From NCBI GenBank assembly GCA_041736305.1, contig JBGSTX010000365.1, positions 1 to 25,755 of the forward strand: a DNA stretch of 25,755 nucleotides. The letters are read 5' to 3'. Below are positions 1 to 6,434 of this stretch, piece by piece. A program made the position numbers and the translations under genes. The first letter of the stretch is position 1. Each line of letters starts with the position of its first letter. This DNA is from Oligoflexus sp. (GTDB lineage: Bacteria; Bdellovibrionota_B; Oligoflexia; Oligoflexales; Oligoflexaceae). The notes below the pieces were generated by a model. The model made no database searches and was not told the DNA's origin. It was given only the letters and a program-made list of their open reading frames with translations.

Positions 1-114
1 TGGCATTGAGGCACTGCGTCGTGCCCCTGGTTAGGGAGGGAGGAGAAGCTCAGCTGTCCGAGCTTTGATCGCCAAGTGTCCGTCATGGATAGATTTAGCG
101 ATGTTCTACGGGAC

Positions 115-161
115 GGTTCGAACCCTCGACCTCAACGTTGAGAAGGCAATGGTCTAGCCAA
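115..161 (-). pseudogene. Degenerate tRNA-Gly remnant (anticodon loop, 3' anticodon stem, variable loop, T-arm); probable left att junction
   Basis: Minus strand reads TTGGCTAGA-CCATTGCC-TTCTCAA-CGTTG-AGGTC-GAGGG-TTCGAAC-C. AGGTCGAGGGTTCGA is identical to the intact tRNA at 2266-2341. TTGGCTAGA..TTCTCAA aligns without gaps to the 5' half-tRNA at 3455-3493. There is no acceptor 3' strand or CCA. Confidence 0.7.
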
Positions 162-202
162 AAAGAAAGAGCCGCAATCAGGTAAGTACCCGACACGGCT
201 CT
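160..202 (-). terminator. Intrinsic terminator
   Basis: Minus strand AGAGCCG-TG-TCGGGT-ACTT-ACCTGA-TTG-CGGCTCT followed by TTCTTTTT, downstream of the Pol A remnant. Confidence 0.65.
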
Positions 203-237
203 GTAAAATTGTAGGTGTTAGTGACTTCCGGGGTTAC

Positions 238-1140
238 TTACGGGGGTGGCTTACGTCTTGGACTTGACCTTCCTGTACTTGATGAACAACTGCCGTCACC
301 GTCAGTGTCAGCACAGGCACTATCTTTATTATGCTGCCAGCCTTCACCACCCATCAGCTGCATGACGTCGCGTTTGGCCGTTGTAGCCATACCGATGAAC
401 TTGCCACTCTCTTCCCCTGAGCCAGCATCAAGACCTTGTGGAAGGCTCGGACCTTCTTAAGCTTGGCCTTGACCACTTCAGGATCCTTCAGCCACTGCTC
501 AGCGAACGTCAGGCCGTCCCAATCAGCCTCGAAAGCGTCTCGGATAGCTTTGCTTCCCAGTAGGTGCTACCGAAGCACCAGCCAGGTAGATATCATCTAT
601 CTGCAGGACGCCTTGCTGGTCATAGTACGGAGCTTTCCCCACCATACCGAAGCAAGCCGCATAGTAGTTCTTATCCTTTGAGAAGTGCGAGGTAACCGAA
701 GGCTCCCCTGCACCTAAGTCCACCGACACGAAGCTGAAGCCCTCCTCTGGAAGGACGTAACTTAGTAGGCCCTGCTCCTTACGCGCCAAGCCCTGAACGT
801 TCAACCCACCCCCACCAGCATATCTACCAGTCTTAGTCCCGCAGGCCTTAAAATCCTGGTGCCAGAGGCCGTCTAGTTTAGACAGCTCCGACAGCGTCCT
901 GTTCTGAGTAAGGACCAGGCCACGCTTCTTAACGTTGACCAGCATAGAGCCGCCGTCCCCATAACTATGGAGGTGGGCAGCTTTAAAGCTTGGGCTAGGT
1001 ATGAAGGGTGGTAGGTCCGGGTTCTGTTGGCGCTTCTTCTTAGATGCCTTACCTTCCTTAGTCCAGAACGTAGGCGCTATACCAAGCTTCCCGATGAACA
1101 GCTCGCCCAGCTGAGAGGTACTCTGAGGGTTGAACCGCAG
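238..1140 (-). pseudogene. Phage-type family A DNA polymerase fragment (frameshifted, truncated at both ends)
   Basis: The frame of ORF 523-945 is open upstream to FNPQSTSQLGELFIGKLG (~1080-1134, Pol A thumb motif). It contains TKTGRYAGGGGLNVQ (TGRLSS..NLQ-like) and VSVDLGAGE (motif A-like). After a frameshift near 550 it continues AIRDAFE...KKVRAFHKVLMLA (motif B-like RxxxK). Similarity is lost near 420; there is no motif C. Confidence 0.8.
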
Positions 1141-1159
1141 ATTGTCAGGGAAGGTAAAA

Positions 1160-1381
1160 ATGAACGACGAGATCGAAGAGCATGGTCTCTACATTCACGA
1201 CTTGAAGCGTATTGAGCTGAACCCTAATAGCAAGGAACCTGTTGAGACGCTGCTACATGAGTGCATACACGCGGCTTTAGCTGTGTCGGGGTTGGGTGAG
1301 GTACTGGGGGATAAGATTGAGGAGGCTGTTTGCAGAGCTGTTGAGACGGTAGCACCGAACATCTACTTTAAAGTTAAATAA
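1160..1381 (+). CDS. Small phage HEXXH (zincin/ImmA-IrrE-like) metallopeptidase-domain protein, possibly 5'-truncated
   Basis: HGLY...IELNP...ETLLHECIHA...IEE pattern. ATG at 1160 is preceded by GGAAGG, and a terminator follows. Confidence 0.6.
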   Translation: MNDEIEEHGLYIHDLKRIELNPNSKEPVETLLHECIHAALAVSGLGEVLGDKIEEAVCRAVETVAPNIYFKVK

Positions 1382-1383
1382 AT

Positions 1384-1416
1384 AAAGCCGCCTAGGGAGA
1401 CTTAGAGCGGCTTTTT
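1384..1416. terminator. Intrinsic terminator, probably bidirectional
   Basis: AAAGCCGC-CTAGG-GAGA-CTTAG-A-GCGGCTTT-TT hairpin immediately after the 1381 stop. Confidence 0.8.
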
Positions 1417-1420
1417 CTAA

Positions 1421-1449
1421 TTGACATAGGTGCGCAACGCCGGTAAAAC
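1421..1449 (+). promoter_or_regulatory. Sigma70-type promoter for the 1480 ORF
   Basis: TTGACA (1421-1426), 17 nt spacer, TAAAAC (1444-1449); GGGAG RBS before ATG 1480. Confidence 0.65.
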
Positions 1450-1479
1450 CCAAACACATCAACACTTTGGGAGCTATTC

Positions 1480-2034
1480 ATGAAAGTAATTCTCTTGACC
1501 ATGCTTGCGTTATCTTCGACGCATCTTTCAGGAGCTGAGTTTTTGAACCAAGAAGAAGCCATTGAAGCACATGAAGTTGAAGGCACCACAATTATCAATC
1601 GTGATGAGTTTGAAGCACAGTCAAATCAAGAAGCTATTGTTGTCGATGTTCAGCCACTGGTAAACGGTGAGGAGATTGTTACCGTTGAAAGAAATGGACG
1701 TACGGCGTTACTTGTGCCTAGCAGTCTCTTCGATAGGACTGTGGCTGTGACGATGGCCGAAAGTTGCGTATCTGAGTGTAGTGCAAGCGCCGTAGCCGGA
1801 GTGCTGGCCGGAGCTCTGGGGGGAGCAGCGTCGGGCGCTCAGGTAGGCGGCGCCCTTGGTGGCCCGCAAGGCGCGGCTGGCGGTGTGGTAGTAGGTGGCG
1901 CTATTGGGGGTGTCGCGGGCGGAATTACCGGCTGGGAGGTTTGCCGCATCGGAACCAGCTGTGGTGTTCCTATCATTCCTAACCCCGGTAGCATTGACCT
2001 TGAAAGACCCCCAATGATGTTAAAGGCGGACTAA
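1480..2034 (+). CDS. Secreted glycine-zipper protein with Cys-flanked core (bacteriocin/microcin-like architecture)
   Basis: Signal peptide MKVILLTMLALSSTHLSGA, an acidic middle region, then SCVSEC-(GxxxG repeats GVLAGALGGAASGAQVGGALGGPQGAAGGVVVGGAIGGVAGGITG)-VCRIGTSCG and a Pro-rich tail. Confidence 0.8.
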   Translation: MKVILLTMLALSSTHLSGAEFLNQEEAIEAHEVEGTTIINRDEFEAQSNQEAIVVDVQPLVNGEEIVTVERNGRTALLVPSSLFDRTVAVTMAESCVSECSASAVAGVLAGALGGAASGAQVGGALGGPQGAAGGVVVGGAIGGVAGGITGWEVCRIGTSCGVPIIPNPGSIDLERPPMMLKAD

Positions 2035-2181
2035 ATGGGAACCGTATTTGGAATAATGCTTACGTGGAATCTGCAGAGTGTGACCTGGCTTTTTGTTGGT
2101 GCCGCATTCGACGTAATTCTCCATAGGAAAGCTCTTAAGATGGGGCTTGTAGAGTTGCGAAGAATGGCGCTTTCCAGATAG
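2035..2181 (+). CDS. Unlisted 48-aa hydrophobic/cationic small ORF
   Basis: ATG directly abuts the TAA of 1480-2034. It translates MGTVFGIMLTWNLQSVTWLFVGAAFDVILHRKALKMGLVELRRMALSR* and lies before the 2227 terminator. Confidence 0.4.
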   Translation: MGTVFGIMLTWNLQSVTWLFVGAAFDVILHRKALKMGLVELRRMALSR

Positions 2182-2226
2182 TTGACGACGGCGGGCTCGA
2201 AGCCAGTATCAAGCCCGAAAATAACT

Positions 2227-2260
2227 AAAGCCGCCTTAGGTTTCCCTGGGCGGCTTTTTT
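2227..2260. terminator. Bidirectional terminator between the moron (+) and the tRNA (-)
   Basis: AAAGCCGCCTTAGG-TTTC-CCTGGGCGGCTTT-TTT hairpin. Confidence 0.85.
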
Positions 2261-2265
2261 GCGTT

Positions 2266-2341
2266 TGGAGCGGGTGAAGGGTCTCGAACCCTCGACCTTC
2301 AGGATGGGAACCTGACACTCTACCAACTGAGCTACACCCGC
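2266..2341 (-). tRNA. tRNA-Gly (anticodon CCC), intact, 76 nt, CCA encoded
   Basis: GCGGGTG TA GCTC AGTTGGTA GAGT G TCAGG TTCCCAT CCTGA AGGTC GAGGG TTCGAGA CCCTT CACCCGC T CCA. All four stems pair and the discriminator is U73. Confidence 0.97.
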
Positions 2342-3382
2342 TTAGGCGTCTAGATCTAACATAGCGCCTCCAACCTCGTCAAATGCCTCCTCAGGTCTCC
2401 TCACGTAAAGAGGCGTAGTGCTAGGCTGACTGTGCCGCGCATGGTTCTTAAGGTCCACAAAGTTGAGTTCACTATAGTGCCCTAGCCAATACAGTGACGC
2501 ACGGCGTAAGTCCTTTAAGGTGATCTTATTAATACCTGCCTTCTTCCACATTTTAGACCAGTGAGCACGCGACAATACCCCCCTTCTTACGGCTAGAGGG
2601 CTCATACACTGTCCCATCAGCGCTACGGCACTGGCGTATGTTGATCACAAGCTTACCGTATAAGCCGTGCTTCTCCATTACCTTAGCAGCCTCGAATATA
2701 GCCGCCCTTTTACCAGCTATAAAGTCCTGTTTGCGTAGACCGAACACTTCGTCAGTCCTCAGCGAGAAGAAGTAGCCTAGTAAAACCATCAGGCTAACTT
2801 CAGCAGTCGCGGCGTCACCTAGGAAAGCGAATATCTGGTCGGGTCTAAGGGTGTAGGTCAGCAGCGTCGATCTACTCCGTTCTGGTCGGTTCTATAACAT
2901 GAGATCGTGCCTGTGCTGGACGTAGCCTTGCTCCTGCATCCACCTATAGAATGCTCTAAAGGACACGTTACACCGATTGTGATGGTTAGCCGTCCAGGCG
3001 TTCTTGCTAAGCTGCTCGTACAGCTGACCGACTACAGGTACCAGTCGTTATAGTTCGGCTTATCTTAAAAGTAGGGTAGGACTTCGCAGAGCCGGTCTTT
3101 GTAAACTTGGATAGTGCTAGGATGCTTGCCCTGACTCATTAGGCATGTCAGGAAGCGTGTTAACAGGTCCTCTAAGTCGGCTAAGTCCACCTTAAAGGGC
3201 ATGCGATGCTCAATACTATTGACAGCAGCGTACCACCGCATCCAATCGTCGACTTCCCAGTCAGCCTTGGTGTCTAGGTGCTTAGTTAGTACTCGTGGTA
3301 AGGTTTTGGTCTCGCCGTTCGAATGGTGATAAACGAAAACACGTGTAGAGTTGTTGCGGCCTGGCTTTCTTTGGAAATACAT
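2342..3382 (-). pseudogene. Tyrosine recombinase/integrase pseudogene
   Basis: The pieces join into a core-binding domain (PSTIQVYKDRL; NRCNVSFRAFYRWMQEQG), box I SLRTDEVFGLRKQD, box II KDLRRA and ARHSQPSTTPLY. It is disrupted by TAA 3065-3067, a frameshift near 3030, TAG 2892-2894 and a frameshift near 2565. Confidence 0.9.
2353..2389 (-). promoter_or_regulatory. Putative tRNA promoter embedded in the integrase 3' end
   Basis: GAGGCATTTGACG-13 nt-TATGTTAGATC boxes. Both are identical to those upstream of the half-tRNA (3505-3541), while the spacer between them diverges. Confidence 0.65.
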
Positions 3383-3414
3383 GGGTCTAGCTCTCTACTT
3401 GGTTTGCCGAATAT

Positions 3415-3441
3415 ATATCGGATAACTATTGAGAACCTTTA
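3415..3441 (-). promoter_or_regulatory. Sigma28 (FliA)-like promoter upstream of the integrase
   Basis: TAAA-N15-TCCGATAT (TAAAGGTT-N11-TCCGATAT) versus the consensus TAAAGTTT-N11-GCCGATAA, 32 nt upstream of the ATG. Confidence 0.5.
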
Positions 3442-3454
3442 GACCACATTATAC

Positions 3455-3493
3455 TTGGGAACGTAGCGCTCTAGCCAACTGAGCTACACCCGC
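3455..3493 (-). pseudogene. 5' half of the host tRNA-Gly(CCC), broken right after the anticodon loop; probable right att junction
   Basis: GCGGGTGTAGCTCAGTTGGCTAGAGCGCTACG-TTCCCAA followed by non-tRNA sequence (GTATAATGTGG). Confidence 0.9.
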
Positions 3494-3504
3494 TTATGCG
3501 GCTC

Positions 3505-3541
3505 GATCTAACATACTATCGTTAAACCCGTCAAATGCCTC
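3505..3541 (-). promoter_or_regulatory. Putative native promoter of the disrupted tRNA-Gly
   Basis: GAGGCATTTGACG-13 nt-TATGTTAGATC, ending 11 nt upstream of tRNA +1, the same geometry as at 2353-2389. Confidence 0.65.
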
Positions 3542-3571
3542 TTCCGGGAGATGAAGGTACTAAAGCAAGAC

Positions 3572-4153
3572 TCAAGCAAGTCGACGCATCCGCTGCACCG
3601 CTTCGGAGGGCTCGTTGTCTTTGAGCAAAACCGCGGGGATTCCCACTGCGATTTTGAAAGCTGGAACGTCATCAACGACTACAGCGTTGGCCCCTAGAAA
3701 ACAGTTTTCGCCGACCTCGATGGGACCCAATATGCGCGCTCCTGCACCAATAACTGTATAAGCTCCAATCCTCGGGCTGCCTCTGAAGCGTGCGGCGCCT
3801 ATGGTATTCGATCCGAAAAAGACGCAGCCTTCGCCTATCTGTGCATCGCCGCCGACCACGGTTCCCACACTGTGCACAAAATAAACGCCATGCCCGAGTT
3901 TAATATCTGAGCCTAGTTCGATTGCATAAAGCATGGTTTGCAGAAAGCGGAGCGTGCGGTTGAGAAAGGGTATATGCCACTTCCTTGCCCACATGCGAAG
4001 TCGAAATGTGGCTAAGATCATATAAGCGTCGCAGGCGAAAATGGCCCACATGCAATTCCGAAAATTGATCGGCTTCTCCTCATACGCGAGGATTAAAGAC
4101 AAATCTCGATACAAATCATGGAAGAGCGAAAGCTCTGGTGTCTTAGGCTGCAT
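3572..4153 (-). CDS. Hexapeptide-repeat O-acetyltransferase (CysE/WcaB-like)
   Basis: Left-handed beta-helix repeats IGAYTVIGAGARILGPIEVGENCFLGANAVVVDDVP...VGIPA; last gene of the EPS operon. Confidence 0.88.
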   Translation of the reverse strand: MQPKTPELSLFHDLYRDLSLILAYEEKPINFRNCMWAIFACDAYMILATFRLRMWARKWHIPFLNRTLRFLQTMLYAIELGSDIKLGHGVYFVHSVGTVVGGDAQIGEGCVFFGSNTIGAARFRGSPRIGAYTVIGAGARILGPIEVGENCFLGANAVVVDDVPAFKIAVGIPAVLLKDNEPSEAVQRMRRLA

Positions 4154-5141
4154 AGGCTTTATCCTTCTCTTCAGGCCTTTTTACGGCATTTTCCAGCCAG
4201 TAGCCGCGCACGTAGTTGAGCGTATAGATAGCGCTGCAAAGCAAGGTGGCCAGTTTCAGCAGGCCAATTCCATTGAAAGCTTTAGCTAGCAGCACTAAAG
4301 GGCCATTCAACAAGAGGGGCAGACTGGGTAGCCACCAGGTAGCATGAGCGAGCAGGCGCTTGATAGAATTCGGCGAGCGCAGTACCATGCGCGGATGGAG
4401 ATCGAAGCGCTCTGGGTAAACCAATGACATCTTGAACTCATACTCACCATAGAGCTGGGCGCGCTTGATAAAAGAGCGAAAACGACCTGTCTGCGAGTGA
4501 TGAAAAGCCGAAGCAGCCTCTAGGAAATGGAAACGAGCATCAGATTTTTGTTCGATGCGAAGGCCAAGTTCGCGATCTTCGGCGTGCCGATACTGGCTTG
4601 AAAATCCGCCCACGGCTAGAAAGAGCTTTCGGGAAAGCGAGACATTCGCACTATAAAAGTGCTGTCCCGCCGGTTGGATCTTCCCGCTCGTGAATCCTTC
4701 GTACATTTTTCGAATCGAAAGCTCGTAGAAGTATTCAAAAGCTGGTCGCTTTGCAAGACTGAGCGGGGGAAGGATGGCGCCGAAAGCTACCGACTTCAGA
4801 TTGGTTTGCACGTGAAATAGGCGATGAATTTCCAGGAAATCTAGCGATGTGGGCTCCATATCATCGTCGAGAAAGAGTAGGATCTGCCCTAAGCTCGCGT
4901 CAACCCCCTTCTGCCGCGCGACCGCTTGCCCCTGGTTGTCCTGGCGGAGAGGGCGAAGCCAAGAATCTTGAGCAGCTCGTCGGGTAAGCACATCCCAAGT
5001 GGAATCTGTGGATCCATCGTCGACCACGATGAGTTCCGATGTGCTGCGGTCAACGCGCTGCTGAAAGAGCCAGTTGAGTAGAAGCTCCAGCCGGTCTGCA
5101 CGCTGATAAGTGGGGACGATAATGCTAAGAAAGCTGGTCAT
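4143..5141 (-). CDS. Glycosyltransferase family 2
   Basis: LSIIVPTYQR, ELIVVDDGSTD, LFLDDD (DxD) and AEDRELGLR motifs. Confidence 0.95.
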   Translation of the reverse strand: MTSFLSIIVPTYQRADRLELLLNWLFQQRVDRSTSELIVVDDGSTDSTWDVLTRRAAQDSWLRPLRQDNQGQAVARQKGVDASLGQILLFLDDDMEPTSLDFLEIHRLFHVQTNLKSVAFGAILPPLSLAKRPAFEYFYELSIRKMYEGFTSGKIQPAGQHFYSANVSLSRKLFLAVGGFSSQYRHAEDRELGLRIEQKSDARFHFLEAASAFHHSQTGRFRSFIKRAQLYGEYEFKMSLVYPERFDLHPRMVLRSPNSIKRLLAHATWWLPSLPLLLNGPLVLLAKAFNGIGLLKLATLLCSAIYTLNYVRGYWLENAVKRPEEKDKAYAA

Positions 5142-5153
5142 CGCTCGCGAGCC

Positions 5154-6434
5154 TCAAGTGTCAAAGAAAAATTTTCGGATAAAGTCTCGGGGATGGCGCA
5201 GGTAGCGTGCCCCGTTAAAAAGCATATCGAAATAGTAGGGCCAGGGATCCTGAGCATCATAAACTGCATCGGTATAGTGATGAGCGCGCCTCCAGCGGCC
5301 CCAGCCCTTCACCTCTGCCCAGCTATGCTTCCTTCCTAAAAAGCCTGCCCAAAGCGATAGCTTCAGGAGCCAACGCGTGCTGTAAACGTGAGTTTGGAGG
5401 GGCACCGCGCGCTCAGCCTGATCGAGTTGCTCTCTCAAATCGTCGGGGTGACAAGCTGCGTTTAAAGCGAGCAGAGGGAGATTCAGACCGCGTGCAATCT
5501 CAAAACCCATCTGGCCGTAATAGCGAGGATTGAAATCTATTAGGAGCTTCTTACCTGCAGCCGAATCCTCAATAAATTCAGCTTCAAAGACTCCGAAGTA
5601 GCCGAGCTTTTGGCAAAGCCTCTGCAATTGTGCGAGCAATTCTTGATCGACAGTTATCGATTCGAAGCAAAGACCAATACCGAGCTTCCTGGGCCTCTGC
5701 AGAACTTTGCGCGATGAACGCGCGACGATGCGTCCATCAGCTCCCACGAAACCCGCTATGCTGACAATAGACTGAGCTGCAACGGCAAAGTACTCCTGAA
5801 TCATGGGCCAGCCGACGACGGGGTCTGACGCAAGAAGTTGCTTCTGATATTGGAGCTGTTCTTTGAATGATAGATATGTCTGCCGAAAATCTTCGCCAGC
5901 GTTGACGATGCGCCCTTTGTGGCCAACTTTAAGGCCTATCTGGGTACGAGGCTTGAGGAGAAAAGGCGCCTTCTGCTTCGCCAAGACAGCCGCCAGCTCA
6001 GCCTCTGATTCTGGAAAAAAAGTGGGGGGCGAAGCGATGCCGACTGCTTCTCAAGCTTCCGACAGCATTTTTTTATTGAGGAGACTGTAGATGACGTGAA
6101 CTGCTGGCTGCCAGAGATGGAAATTAGCTTCTAGGCGTTTGCTATGGGCGGCATAAAGCCAGGCTGTATCATCGCTGGTCGGATAGAGGAAGAGCCCCGG
6201 ATTCGACTCGCCAAGTTTTACCAACCAATCGATATAGTTTTCCCACTGCTGCAAAGGCGGACAGCTGAGCCTTTTGGTGAGAAAACGGGAAAAGCCCGCC
6301 GTAGTCCATTTGCGCCACTCGCCTAGCAGGACTGGAGTTCCAGTTCGTCCGCTAGAGCGCATGGCAGCGAGGGTTCCACCGTAATCGCCCATGGTGAGAA
6401 AAATACCTCTTAACTTAGGCAGCGGAGGATTCAT
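5154..6434 (-). pseudogene. ATP-grasp carboxylate-amine ligase (D-aspartate-ligase-like) interrupted by one in-frame TGA at 6051-6053
   Basis: ORFs 6051-6482 and 5154-5984 share a frame and read LNKKMLSEA*EAVGIASPPTFFP. Motifs are LYPTSDD, FLLKP, MIQEYF, GYFGVFEAEF and LIDFNPR. ATG 6434 overlaps the flippase stop (ATGA). Confidence 0.8.

Larger units (their letters stand above)
138..3461. mobile_element. Decayed prophage/integrative element inserted in the anticodon loop of tRNA-Gly(CCC)
   Basis: It is bounded by 7-nt anticodon-loop copies (ttgagaa 138-144; ttgggaa 3455-3461), with the tRNA 3' part outside the left end and the 5' half outside the right end. It contains a tyrosine integrase pseudogene at the right junction, a phage-type Pol A fragment and a moron-like cassette. 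Confidence 0.7.

Noticed and set aside
215-681. Plus-strand ORFs 215-460 and 436-681
   Set aside because: They are antisense to the Pol A remnant and have no recognisable motifs.
1790-1935. Idea that the tRNA-Gly(CCC) is carried to translate the Gly-rich moron
   Set aside because: Only two Gly codons in the zipper are GGG; most are GGC, GGT or GGA.
2031-2318. 95-aa minus-strand ORF
   Set aside because: It runs through the tRNA and terminator, so it is a shadow ORF.
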